This document shows positions 36,658-48,837 of a DNA stretch of 64,000 nucleotides, one piece after another. The stretch's first letter is position 1. Each line of letters opens with the position of its first letter. The stretch is from Felis catus (lineage: Eukaryota): contig NC_058368.1 in the NCBI RefSeq assembly GCF_018350175.1, positions 113,648,001 through 113,712,000 of the forward strand, written 5' to 3'. A program made the position numbers and the translations under genes. The notes beneath the pieces are model-generated. The model did not search any database and was not told the origin of the DNA. It was given only the letters and a program-made list of their open reading frames with translations.

Positions 36658-36875
36658 TTTTTTTTTTTTAAGTTTATTGACTTATTTTGAGAGAAAGAGA
36701 TAGCACGAGTGGGAGGGGGCAGAGAGACGCAGAAAGAGAGAGACAGAATCCCAAGCAGGCTCTGCACTGTCAGCGCAGAGCCCGATGTGTGCCTGAATTC
36801 AACAAACCCTGAGATCACTACCAGAGCCGGAACCAAGAGTCAGTTGCTTACCTGACTGAGCCACCCAGGTGCCCC
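36658..36875 (-). mobile_element. Can-SINE inside HAL1
   Basis: TSD TCAACACTAATTCTT at 36643-36657 and 36876-36890. Confidence 0.96.
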
Positions 36876-37027
36876 TCAACACTAATTCTTAATCAAACAT
36901 CCAGCCAGATGACCCTATAGAAAGAGTCAGGATCAACAAGCCACACATATACACTAAAGCCTTCAAAGAGCTTTGCAGTCCCTCTTACAGATGAACCAAC
37001 AACTGAGTGTTATTAAACAGTGGAGGA

Positions 37028-37242
37028 GGGGCGCCTGGGTGGCTCAGTCGGTTGAGCATCCGACTTCGGCTCAGGTCACGATCTCGCGGTCTGTGAGTTC
37101 GAGCCCCGCATCGGGCTCTGGGCTGATGGCTTGGAACCTGGAGCCTGCTTCTGATTCTGTGTCTCCCTCTCTCTCTGCCCCTCCCCCGTTCATGCTCTGT
37201 CTCTCTCTGTCTCACAAATAAATAAACGTTAAAAAAAAAAAT
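37028..37242 (+). mobile_element. Can-SINE (Felis type) inside HAL1
   Basis: TSD TTAAACAGTGGAGGA at 37013-37027 and 37243-37257. Confidence 0.96.
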
Positions 37243-37456
37243 TTAAACAGTGGAGGAAAACCTTGAATATTAGAGACAAAGGCCAAAACAGAAGGTAAAA
37301 GAAAGTGATGAACTTGGAAGAAAAAAAGTCTCTAAAGGGAGGGGAAAACACTTTAAAAATAATTACATTAACATCCTCACAAAGATAGTAAACAATACTA
37401 TAACCCTGAAATAAAAATAGTATGGTACAACAAAAGATTATGGGGGGTGGGGGAGG

Positions 37457-37494
<38 letters not shown>

Positions 37495-39079
37495 TCACAA
37501 AAAGAAAAACCCAAAAGATAGCTGCAAGATGAACTTGGGAAAATCTCCTGGCAAGTAGAGCAAAAAGACAGAAAATAGAAGATAAAAGATGACATAATTA
37601 GAAATTACGTCTGAATATTAAGACATGCCATAAAGGGAAAATGGGAACAACCAAAAACAATTTCAGAGAAAAAAAAAAAAACTTTTTTTAATCCCCGAGT
37701 AGAATGATATGAATTTCCAAATTCAAAGGGCTCTCCAAGTATCCAGAAAAAAAAATAGATAAAATAAGCACAAATTAAAGCACAGCAGCAAGAAATTTTA
37801 GAATACTTAGTGGTAAGCTAAGTCCTACAAATATAGAAAGAAGGAAGAGGAAACAAGGAACACAGAACACAGCAGGAATCTGAACGGCTTTAACTTCGCA
37901 GGAACAACGGTGGACTCTAGAAGACAGTGGACACTTGGCCTCAAAATTCTGAAAGAAAACTACGTCCAACTTAGAAATATGAATCCAGCCAAGCTACCAA
38001 TCAAAGGTGAGGGTACATTTGTAGTCATTTCAGATCTCAAACATTTGTCTACAACACACCCTTTCTCAAACAACAATTGGAAGATGTTCTTCAACAAGAA
38101 GAGGTAAATGAAAACCATGCACAGATGTAATGCAGGAACCAAGAAATCGAGAGCAGGAGACAAGTGAAATGAATCCCAAGGTGCTGGTGCCAGAGGTCAA
38201 GTCCAGAAGGAGAGCAGCTGAGAGTGGCAATGGTCCAAGGGCTCCAGGAGAGAGCTGCTCAGGAAAATGGAACTGACAGAAATCCAGATGCACCTGAGTA
38301 TCTTCAGAGATTTGTAACTTGCAAAGGTTCAGAGGTTAAATTAGTGACAAATATGTATAAAACCAAGCAAATACAAAAGGCAGCACAATCATTAGTATAA
38401 GAGAAACTAATAAGTTATGAAGGAAATAAAAGTAAAGAGAGTTTGCTACATGGTTATATTGTGGTGTATTCCTAAGATGGGATACTAGGCACCCTTCAAA
38501 AAGGACAATATTCTCCATGTGTTGATACGGAAATCCAAGCTATATTGTGAAGTGAAAAAAAAAAAGCCAGACAGAACAGTATAACAACCTATCTTATTTT
38601 TTAAGTGGGGGAGGTACAGAAATATATTAATTTCTGCTTTTCATTCTTCAACTAAGCAACTCTGGAAGGATGGATACACAGAGGTATGCCCAAACTAACA
38701 AACTAACAGAAGTGGCTACCTGGGAAGGCAACAGTGGAAATGGACAGATGGGGGATGGGGTGAAAAGAAAACTCTTCCTTTAGACCTTTTTGAACCATGT
38801 AAATGCATTATCCATTTTCTAACGGTGCCTAACTACCATATGACGCCTCATAGCATGTGATTTACCTACATCATGGCGTACAGAGATTTTTGTGAACCAC
38901 CTGGTAAAGCTAGCCATGCCCTCAAACAATATTTTCAGGACAAACACATCCAAGGCTGCCTAACCACTTACTTACAAACAAACAAACAAACAAATGAAAC
39001 TTCTACACATAAGTTCAAGCTGCTGACATGAAATAAGATGAAAGAAGGAAGGAAACAAGGAAAGAGAAAGGGACCAAGG

Positions 39080-39215
39080 ATTAGTCAACTGGGGCTGCCA
39101 TACAAAGTACAATAGCCTAGAGGTGCCAAGCTGGCTCAGTCAGTAGAGCATGTGACTCTTGATCTCAGGGTTGTGAGTTTGAGCCTCACATTATGGGTAG
39201 AGATTACTTTTTAAA

Positions 39216-39280
<65 letters not shown>

Positions 39281-39612
39281 TCCTGGATGGCTAAAGCAAT
39301 GGAAATTTATTTTCCCACAATTCTGCAGGCTTGGAAATCTGAGCTCAGAGTGCCAGCAGGGCAGGTTTTGGTGGGACCTTTTCCTGGCTTACAGATGGCT
39401 GCCATCTTGCTGTGCACTCACATGACAGAGAGAGAGAGAGAAATTTCCCTTCCTCTTATTCTAAGACCACCAATGCTACTGAATTAGGATCCCACCCTTA
39501 TGGTCCCATCTAACTTTCATTACCTTCTAAAAGCCCTATCTCCAAACACAGTCCTACTGGGAGGTGAGGCTTCAACATATACATTCTGGGGAGAAACAAT
39601 TCAGTTTGCACA
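39080..39612 (-). mobile_element. MaLR solo LTR (MLT1A-like)
   Basis: GGCTGCCATACAAAGTAC..GATGGCTGCCATCTTGCTGTG..GGCTTCAACATAT. Confidence 0.85.
39120..39278 (+). mobile_element. Short older Can-SINE plus (CA)n microsatellite, inside an MLT LTR
   Basis: GCTGGCTCAGTCAGTAGAGCATGTGACTCTTGATCTCAGGG head; (CA)n 39221-39278. Confidence 0.85.
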
Positions 39613-41589
39613 AAAAGAGGGAGGGTGTTTACGTGGTCCAAGAATGTAACTGTAGGGCAGAATATGTACACCTAGCTTTGGAACAATATTCATCAAAAAG
39701 CAAAATCAAGATCAAGAGGAATGGTCAGGTAATCGGGACTCTCAAACATGGAAACTTCTGATTATGTCAGAGGTTAACCTCTACCACTTGCTGTTCACAA
39801 TCTTTCTTAAATGCCTGCTCCAACCTCCCTGAGTACCATCCAGAAGGCCTAACTGCACTTTTCCTTACAAGCAATCATCTTACAGAACTCGGAATTGAAT
39901 TCTGAATCTAAACCTCATCACGGTCAAGTGTTGATATCAATGGAAATGGTGTACCACCTAGGTCCCCTGGAAGTTACATTTTACTTTTTATACCTACATA
40001 TGATTCCAGCTTTATTCTTAGAATCTGCCAGTTTTATTTTTTCCCAAAATCCTCTTGCCCCAAAAGAGAATTCCAAAAAAAAACCCTAAAATAAGCCTGT
40101 CTAATATGGAAAAAGAAAGATAAGTGACTTATGAAAATGACGTCTATTGACCCAGATCCTGCTGAGCGAGCAAGCGAATCCTTGGGTGCAAATGAGGCAC
40201 TGATTACTGCTATTCAAGCCTCAGGAGGCTTCATTTATTACATGCCTGTCGGGGGGCACTAATAGTTCTTTAATAACCTGAAGAGCAAGGGAGTTTTCTA
40301 ACATGACAACTGATCTTCGTGCAGTGGACTGCAAGTGGTTGAGCACTCATCAAAACTATCCCTGTGATTCTGGAAAAAAGTGAGACAAAACCAAATCAAA
40401 TGTTCAACATCAGTGTCGGAGAAGGAGCCCACCCATCACCCACTGGAAGACTGGTAAGGTTTCGCCAATCTCTTTATAATCTTCTTTTCCAATTTTCTCA
40501 GCCAACAGGACTGGCCTTAGAACCATCTGCCAACAAGATATTTGAAAGGCTAACCCCCAAAACTGGGGGTACAAGGAGGAGGGCTGTCTTGGCATTCAGT
40601 CTCTTCAAGACATAGCCAAGGAAATTACCTCATTTCTCCAGCCTTTTTGTTCTCAGTTGCTAGTTAAAGGGATTGGAACAAGGTTCTTTTAAGCCCCCCA
40701 AAGTCTGTGATTCCAACTTTTATCAAATCATGCTACTTACTAAGATAAATCCAATCAGGAGTCTTAACCGCCTGCCAGGCTGAAACCACTGTTCACCACA
40801 GGCTGGTGAGCAAATGCATATTTGCAGGACTACCCGTATACAGGAAGGAAATGGGAAAATGGCTAATGGTACAGCTTTGTAATCACCTCGGAGGCTCTGA
40901 CCTTGGGTTCTGGTCACACAGGGCAGGCAGCTGTGTCTTATGCTGCATGAATGGCAATACCGATCCACTGTGCACAGGTCATTGACTCCTGGATAATTCA
41001 TTAGAAAGAGAGCACAGAACCACCCTAGTGACGAAAGAAAATCCATAAGCAAGAGGCCTCAAACAAAGAAAATGTTTCTAAGTGTTAAGACGTGGGCTTT
41101 TAGTAGGACTTTCTCTCCAGGTCTCTGGGGATGAGCAGTTCCCTATTCACAACGAGGCAGGTGCACTGCTCCCAGCAGAGCCGGAAAGCAGGCTCCCTGA
41201 ATGAATGAGGGCTCCCCCAGAGCTGCCCCTACAGGCCACAGGGTGTTTAATGGCATTACAATTTCCCGAGTCTCAGAAACAGCTTTGCTCCACCTCTAAA
41301 GAAGTAAACAAAACCCTGTCAGTGATGGGTCTGGAGCACTTGCTTATGGATGACGTTCCTGCAGAACATGACCCACTATTCCTGGAGCTTCAGCTACTCC
41401 AGCCACACAGAAAGGCCTCTGCACAAATTGCTGTTAACTCTCTGGGCCATTCAAGTCTTCTTCAACAGCCTTGCTAGCCCTTTGGGGTCTTCAAGGAGGA
41501 TCACACTTTAGGGTCAAAAATAACAGATTAAAGCTACAGAGGCTCTGACTGGATGTGATATCAGATCACAACAAATAGGAAAAGATGTA

Positions 41590-42050
41590 GAGAGTAACTG
41601 GAGAAGGTCAGCATGAGAGGAGGGTTCAAATCTCCAGTCTGCCACTTACTAGCCATGGGATCTTGGGCAACCTACTAAATTCTGTCAGTACAGCTTTTCC
41701 ACCAGAAAAATAAGGAGAGTAATAATACCTAACTCACAAGGTTGTGCCAAGAGGTAATTAAGATAATACATGTCCAGGGGCGCCTGGGTGGCTCAGTCGG
41801 TTAAGCGTCCGACTTCAGCCAGGTCACGATCTCGCGGTCTGTGAGTTCGAGCCCCGCGTCGGGCTCTGGGCTGATGGCTCAGAGCCTGGAGCCTGTTTCC
41901 GATTCTGTGTCTCCCTCTCTCTCTGCCCCTCCCCTGTTCATGCTCTGTCTCTCTCTGTCCCAAAAATAAATAAACGTTGAAAAAAAAGATAATACATGTC
42001 CAACTCTCAAGTACATTACTTTGCATGCAACAGGTGCTCACTGAATGTTA
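41590..42050 (+). mobile_element. MIR interrupted by a young SINE
   Basis: GGTTCAAATCTCCAGTCTGCCACTTACTAGC..TTGGGCAA. Confidence 0.85.
41777..41985 (+). mobile_element. Very young Felis-type Can-SINE inside a MIR
   Basis: 17-bp perfect TSD AAGATAATACATGTCCA at 41760-41776 and 41986-42002; most CpGs intact. Confidence 0.98.
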
Positions 42051-42679
42051 GACACAGTCGTGTGCCCACACTCATGCAAACTGAGGACTTACACAAACAT
42101 TTCATGACGCTGTGAGACAACTGTAACACCAGGACCTTAGATGAAAGCTGATCCATCATATGCCCTCAAGGAAGAAAAAAATAAATAAAGAGGCACTCGC
42201 CAGCAAGAAAAAAGAAAAAAAAAATTGAGAACTAATTATAGTAGGTTCTCTGTGTCTTGTGCCCAACAAAAATGAGTTTGTTGCTAAGCTCCTTTTCTGG
42301 CCACAATTCATAATGCAATTAAATCACTGGCATTGTTTTCCATGTTCCATTTTAAACAGCCTCCTTGTCCAGGTCTCCTTGATGTGGCCTGCTTCATGGG
42401 GCTGGGAGAGGAAGGAGACAGCGGCCCTCCTCAGACGTGCACCTGCAAAGGTCAAGTTCCCTGCACTCGACATCTGCCCAAGTTGCTGAGGTCACCTGCA
42501 GGAGGAGGATTATCTGGACTCTGGTGTCCCATCCCTGATACAACCACCACCTGAGCAGCAATCACTAGTTCTTTTCTGCCAGTGGGGTGAAAAATAACAA
42601 TGGCTTAAAAAAAAAAAAAAGAGTTCTGCCAAGAGGTCTGCTGTTGAAGGTTTAAAGGGTGAGATACACGAAGTTTCCA

Positions 42680-43830
42680 GCATGGTGCCGCAATCATACT
42701 AGACCTTCAATTAATGGCACCCGCTCCTCTGGCCATGCCCTTAGACTTCTTCTTACCTTTCTTGCTGGTCCTCCTGAACACTGCAGACTCAGTTTTTCTT
42801 GACTTCCCCTTAAACACAGGTAGCCCCAAGGCATAGTCTTTGACTTCCTCTTCAACACTCTATCTCCCTGGACAGTCACATCCATGTTGATGGTTGCAAT
42901 GGTCACCCACAGCCTACTGACTCCCAAATGGCTGTATGCAGCCTAATCTTCCCTTCTGTACCCCAGCTCATTATTTCCAACTTTATGCGTGACTTCTTTT
43001 CTGGCTTCCCCATGGTCCCTAAACCCTAAGTCTAAAAACCCCTCACTAAGCCTATTCGTACTGTTACCCTTAGGAGTCCCCATGACAGACAGCTCTAAGT
43101 TCACCCAGCGCCATGGTCTGTACATTGTAACTTGTTTTGCCATTTGTGCTTCCTTCTCCAATTCCATTACCACTGTTCACTGCAGGCCACTACCATTAAT
43201 CCTGCCTCGCCAACCTCTCCATCGCCTCCTGAATCACTGACCCAACTTAAAAGCTCACCTTGTCACTCTGATGTTTAAAATCTTGCACCTACAAGTAAGA
43301 TGAACATATCATTTATTATCAAACCTGGACACTTGTAAGGGTGAAAGGGGAGCACTTGTCAGAAGTGTACCAGGTTAACAGGCATAAACTAGAACCATCC
43401 CAGGAGACTGAGAAGGACAGTCACCATTGACCAGGCTTGTAAGGCTCTTCATGACTTAGCTCCTGCCTGTGATGACAACTTTGCCTCCCATTCTCTTTCA
43501 AACACCACTGCTCTGGCTTTATGGACTGGCCCCACCTCCTCCCAAAGGTCATTCTCCCCCCCATGTGACATGCCCTGTTACCTCTGTTCTGACTGTCCAC
43601 TACCCAAGTTCCTTCACTGCCCCTCCTGTGTTATCTCCTCTGTGATGTGCTTCCTGCTCCCTCCAACACACCAGGACCTCCCCACCTCTTCTCCCCTCCA
43701 GTGCCTGCCACACATCTCTGTCTGAGCCCTCATCACATGCAGGTGTTCCACCTGCATGCTCCAGCCAGACTCCAGCTGTTACAGCAGTGTCTTGTGCAGA
43801 CACAATGCTGATTCACCCAATACACATGTA
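42680..43830 (+). mobile_element. L2
   Basis: CCCCAAGGCATAGTC..TGACTCCCAAAT..TGTCACTCTGATGTTTAAAATC. Confidence 0.7.
43296..43428. mobile_element. MER94-like hAT-Blackjack MITE inside L2
   Basis: Decayed TAGGGTGACCATAT..AAACCGGGACAC..GGTCACC termini. Confidence 0.65.
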
Positions 43831-44029
43831 AGCATCCAACCAGTGACCCTCTACCTTGGTTGTGTCCAGATCAGATGGGGGTGCGGAGTCACAACAGAGG
43901 TGACAAGTTGACCCAGGCATACTAGGACCAAGCCACTAACCTGGCTTCCAAGGAGATCAAACCCAGACCTCCCCAACAAGCTTCTGACATGAAACTAGAA
44001 CTCTAGTTCTCTTGGAGGCTCTCTCTATT

Positions 44030-44420
44030 CCTTAACACCTTTTTAGCTGCAAGTAACAGAGCCAGCCTCACTGGAGCCCAGAGGTGAGTGAAGGGGAAAA
44101 GGAAAATAGAAGATTCAAGCACATGAATGCTGAAGAAGGTGTGCAGGCAAGGCTGGCTCCCAGAGAATGGAAGGTCACCCAACTTATTCTCATGGCTCTT
44201 CTCTCCCTCTGCTAATGGTCTTCCTCCCCATTCTCTGACCTCCAGGCAGATACCAGCTGTCCAAGTACCATGACGCAGACACAGCAACGCCAATTCCTTT
44301 CCCAGGTCCTAGTCTAAATCCCAGGAGAGTGACTCTGATTGGCCCAGCTGGGTCATTCCCCAGCTCCACCAACTACATATACCAGGTAGCAAGCTTCAAG
44401 ACAGAGTAGCCACTGAGGGT
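44030..44420 (-). mobile_element. MaLR LTR fragment (old MLT1)
   Basis: TTAGCTGCAAGTAACAGA..CTCTGATTGGCCCAGCTGGGTCA. Confidence 0.65.
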
Positions 44421-44629
44421 CTCATTTCAATAAATGGTGGGAAGCAAGGGGGAAGTAACAGAGCTGTGAGCTCCATAAGCATTCCAAAAGGAAATTCCAC
44501 TGCCTGTTCCATCTGGGACAGTTTGCTTCTCCCTCCTCTTTCTGTATTTCCTTCCCCCTAAGTATGCTATTTTTCCTCTGCTATAGTCATCTTCTTCAAT
44601 TTTCTGCCCATTTTCTAGAACTGAGATCA

Positions 44630-45526
44630 TGGGAATGCAAGCTAGTGCAGCCACTCTGCAAAACAGTATGGAAGTTCCTCAAAAAACTAAAAATAGAACT
44701 ACCCTATGACCCAGCAATTGCACTACTAGGCATTTATCCACGGGACACAGGTGTGCTGTTTCAAAGGGACACATGCACCCCCATGTTTATAGCAGCACTA
44801 TCAGCAATAGCCAAAGTATGGAAAGAGACCAAATGTCCATGGGTGGATAAATGGATAAAGAAGATGTGGTGTATATATACAATGGAGTATTACTCGGCAA
44901 TCAAAAAGAGTGAAATCTTGCCATTTGCAACTATGTGGATGGAACTGGAGGGTATAATGCTAAGTGAAATTAGTCAGAGAAAGACAAAAATCATATGACT
45001 TCACTCATATGAGGACTTTAAGAGACAAAACAGATGAACATAAGGGAAGGGAAACAAAAATAATATAAAAACAGGGAGGGGGACAAAACAGAAGAAACTC
45101 AAATATGGAGAGAACTGAGGGTTACTGGAGGAGTTGTAGGAGGGGGGATGGGCTAAATGGTTAAGGGGCACTACTCCTGGAATCTACTCCTGAAACCATT
45201 GTTGCACTATATGCTAATTTGGATGCAAACTTTAAAAAATTAAACATTTTAAAAAAGATAATATAGGCAAGTGCTCAACCTGTTGTCTGACATTAGATAA
45301 ACATTCAGTAAATAATAGCCTTTGTTGACGTTCTCCTTGTTCATTGTTACCATCCAGAACTCAAAAATGCTAAAATTCCTGAAATCTCTCTCCACCCCTT
45401 GTTTCAAATCCCATCTCAACTTGTGGTTTATTTCTCGAGTTATTCTCATAATGTTTACATATATCTACTGTTTATTTAAATAAAATACACTTCTTTTGGT
45501 CTCTTAAACAAACAAACAAGCAAAAA
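44630..45526 (+). mobile_element. 5'-truncated felid L1 (44630-~45256) carrying a ~250-bp 3' transduction
   Basis: Closely matches the 3' end of the full-length L1; TSD AGAACTGAGA(T/C)CA at 44617-44629 and 45527-45539 encloses extra DNA, AATAAA at 45479-45484 and a second A-rich tail. Confidence 0.9.
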
Positions 45527-46943
45527 AGAACTGAGACCAGATCTCACCTCATCCAGGAAGTCTTGCAGGATTAATCCTATCTAGTTACAAAACACTATTC
45601 ACATTGCTTAAGGAATGTGAATTCAAATGATGATACGGCTGTGCTGTATCTGTGATCAGACCTTCTCCTCAACCCTGTGAACAGTCTACTTAAATTCAGT
45701 ACAATCAGGTGTGAAGGGTGCCTCCTACGTGCTGGGTGTGAGCTACAGGCTGCAGCAGAGTCTCGGGAAGCTTATCCCCTCATAGGAAGAAACTCACAAG
45801 GTCTCTGAAGAACATTATCTGTGGTGGAGTAAGTAAAGCTAAGAGGGAGTCAAAGGTGAATGCCAACATTATTTCCTGAGAAAGGTTAATTCAAGGGTGA
45901 ATTTCTTCATGTTATGTAAGTTTTCCATTTTCAAGATGATTTAATGCAGCAATCCTCTAATAGCCAGCCCCTTGGAAGCATCAAGTTCAAATGCTGACTT
46001 TCACACATGGCATCAGCAGTACATCTCTTGGGTAAAGGGAGGGCAACCCACACAAGACTTGAAACATGGTAATGACCACTTCCTACCGCTGACAGATGCA
46101 GCACACAATCACTTCAAGCTAATATGCTCTGAAATGAATGGCTTTTAGATACCTGGCACTAAATACAGTCTTATAAATGCCAAGAGGGTGCCTCAAGGAA
46201 GAGAAAGGGCTGACAATACAAACTGGGACCTAGACCTAGTTCTGGCTCCACCATTATCACTTCCCTAATAAGGACCCCAAATTCCTCCACTATCAAATGA
46301 GAAAGTTGAAATAAAAACCCTCAGAGATCCCTGCCAGCACTAAAATTCTACGTTCTACATTAAATTATGTATATGCAGGCTCCACAATATCCCTTTGGAC
46401 TTAAATATCACACCAAAAGGCAGTGCCAGGCATTTATTAGCAGTAAAAAATTCAAATGATGCAGAAAAAAAAAATGGTCACATTTTATCTGTTGGGGACA
46501 TGTAAGTACCCAAAGACTTTCTTCCTGCTCTACTTTGTATAAATTTATTAACAGAGTGACTGCAATTAAACCAAAACAATGATATGACTCATCAATGTAG
46601 CTGCTGAAAACAGCACAGTGTTTGGATCTCCAGAGGGCAGCTGGGCCAGGAAGAAAGAGATCACAGATGATACCCAGTGATGAAGAGTAGCAACCACCAC
46701 AGGAGGGACCCACAAGGGAAGGCAGTGTTCCCTTTGGTCTCTGTAGGATGCCACCGGTGGGCGATCCCAGAGTAAGTCTAACCTGGATTCTGAGTGATTC
46801 CCACAGTAGGAAGGTATGTGAGGTGCACAGATAAGAGAAAATGTGAGAATGTGCCAACACCAGGGCAAAGATAAAAGACACATACAAATCAACATGGCTT
46901 AGAGACTGGAAAAGATGATAATGTTTTTTAAAATCGTGGTATA

Positions 46944-47045
46944 GGTGACGGGTATTGAGGAGGGCACCTTTTGGGATGAGCACTGGGTGTTGTATGGAAA
47001 CCAATTTGACAATAAACTTCATATATTGAAAAATAAATAAATAAA
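46944..47045 (+). mobile_element. Very short 5'-truncated carnivore L1 3' end
   Basis: TSD TAAAAT(C/T)GTGGTATA at 46929-46943 and 47046-47060. Confidence 0.9.
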
Positions 47046-47439
47046 TAAAATTGTGGTATAAAAAACACATAACACGCAATCTGCCATCTTAACCATTTTT
47101 AAGTGTATACTTCCGAAGTATTAAGTCTATTCATGATGTTTGTGCAACAATCTCCAGAACGTTTTCATTGCAAAACTGAAGCTTTACACCCATTAAACTA
47201 GTCCCCATTTCCCCTGCCCCCAACTCCTGGCAACCACCATTCTACTCCCTGCCTTTATGAATCTGTCTCCTCTTCATACCTCACACAAGCAGGATCATAC
47301 AGTACTTGTTTTTTGTGACAGGCTTTTTTTGCTTAGCAAAATGTCCTCACAGTCCATCCATGTTACAGCAGGTGTCATAATCTCCTTCCTTTTTAAGACT
47401 GAATAATATTCCACTGCATATATATGCCACATTTTTTAA

Positions 47440-47868
47440 ATATAATTTACTGTCAAACTGGTTTCCATATAACACCCAGGGCTCATCCCAACAAGTGCCC
47501 ACCTCAATGCTCATCACCCACTTTCCCCTCTCCCCCACCCCCATTAACCCCAAGTTTGTTCTCAGTATCCAAGGGTCTCTTATGGTTTGCCTCCCTCCCT
47601 CTCTTTAACTTTTTTTCTTCCCCTTCCCCTCTACCATGGTCTTCTGTTAAGTTTCTCAAGATCCACATATGAGTGAAAACATATGGTATCTGTCTTTCTC
47701 TGCCTGACTTATTTCACTTAGCATAATACCCTCCAGTTCCATCCACGTTGCTGCAAACGGCCAGATTTCATTCTTTCTCATTTCCAAGTAGTATTCCATT
47801 GTATACACAAACCACATCTTCTTTATCCATTCGTCAGTTGATGGACATTTAGGCTCTTTACATAATTT
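47440..47868 (-). mobile_element. 5'-truncated carnivore L1 3' end
   Basis: TSD TATGCCACATTTTTTAA at 47423-47439 and 47869-47885; minus ORF KEPKCPSTDEWIKKMW. Confidence 0.93.
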
Positions 47869-47914
47869 TATGCCACATTTTTTAATCCATTCATCTATCA
47901 AGAAACAAGAGGGT

Positions 47915-48102
47915 GGGGGCGCCTGAGTGCCTCAGTCAACTGAGCATCTGACTCTTGATTTTGGCTCAAGTCATGATCTCACGGTTGTGAGATCAAGCCC
48001 CATGTCGGGCTCCGTCCTGCCAGCCAGAGCCTGTTTGGGATTCTCAGTCTCTCTCAAAATAAATAAATATTAAAAAAAAAAAAAAAAAAAAAAAAAGAAC
48101 AT
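47915..48102 (+). mobile_element. Can-SINE inside L1MB
   Basis: TSD AAGAAACA(AG/CC)AGGGT at 47900-47914 and 48103-48117; long poly(A). Confidence 0.92.
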
Positions 48103-48611
48103 AAGAAACACCAGGGTCACTTCCACCTCCTGGTTACTATGAATAATACTGCCATGAACATGCGTATTTAAGTGTGGGGATAATTCTTCTAAGTAGAATC
48201 TCATAAACTGTTCTGAACCAAAAGTCAGTCTAAAATTTTTGTTTTACTATTTCCTAATATAAACTATCACTCCTCCTCACCTACAGTGGAGAAAACAAGG
48301 GCAACAGCGGAGAAAGACCATCAGTAAGGAGAAGATTGTCTCCACTGAGGGGATGTCATGGCGCTACCAGAGACATGCTGTCTGCAGGCATCCCCTGAGC
48401 TAGTGGCAGGGGCAATAGCTTTTCCCTAAACCAAAAGTCCCCTACCTGGTGTGTTTGCACAAGAAGACTCCTTTAAGCAAGAACAGTAACAACAACAAAA
48501 ATCTAAACATAAGTAGAATGACAAAAAAGCTACTAATAATTCAGAGTTGTTTTAAAATAAATTGGTGTTTTATTACATCCATTGCATCCACTAATATATG
48601 TAAGTAATACA

Positions 48612-48837
48612 GGGATGCCTGGGTGGCTCAGTTGATTAAGTAGCCGACTCTTGATTTCAGCTCAGTCATGATCTCGCAGGTCATGGGTTCCAGCCCCATG
48701 TTGGGCTCCACACTGACAAGAGGGGCCTGCTTGGGATTCTCTCTCTCCATCTCTCTCTGACCTTCCCCTACTCACACACTCTCTCGCTCTCTCTCTCTCT
48801 CAAAATAAATAAGTACATTAAGTTAAATTAAACAAAC
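48612..48837 (+). mobile_element. Can-SINE
   Basis: Head GGGATGCCTGGGTGGCTCAG, (CT)n, AATAAA tail; AA(G/A)TAATACA TSD. Confidence 0.92.

Larger units (their letters stand above)
36300..38820 (+). mobile_element. HAL1 (half-L1) with L1ME4-like 3' end
   Basis: Decayed ORF1-like sequence (RRQW..LKILKEN..PAKLPIK) with no ORF2, followed by an old L1-like 3' end; (GT)n 37457-37492. Confidence 0.7.
26542..40370 (+). pseudogene. ABCA5/6-subfamily intronless fossil unit U3 (TMD1 largely lost or obscured under L2)
   Basis: LCQ 26558-26566; SVQ 26620-26628; YSLMSTYCS 28890-28916 (cf. YFLKPSYWS); RNLNFD..IALL 29083-29124; DQRIY..PF 31030-31058 (cf. DQQLVYSLPF); CN(T)K ~32086-32098; LSGL 32484-32495; KVFLGNFS 35168-35191 (cf. 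QVFLGDYS); W..NVTV.Q..LEQY 39634-39689; YFFPKSS 40035-40055 (cf. YIFPNAS); EEQ ~40280. Confidence 0.85.
46922..48170 (-). mobile_element. L1MB-type 3' end hosting three younger insertions
   Basis: CCATCTTAACCATTTTTAAGTGTA..GGCAACCACCATTCTAC pattern typical of the L1MB reverse strand. Confidence 0.8.

Noticed and set aside
46570..46920. Possible CR1/L3 fragment
   Set aside because: Similarity is weak; better explained as U4 sequence (YDSSM, ITD, SNLDS) in the expected order.
46408..47079. 223-aa minus-strand ORF
   Set aside because: Runs through L1 tails and antisense to the ABCA fossil; composition looks random.
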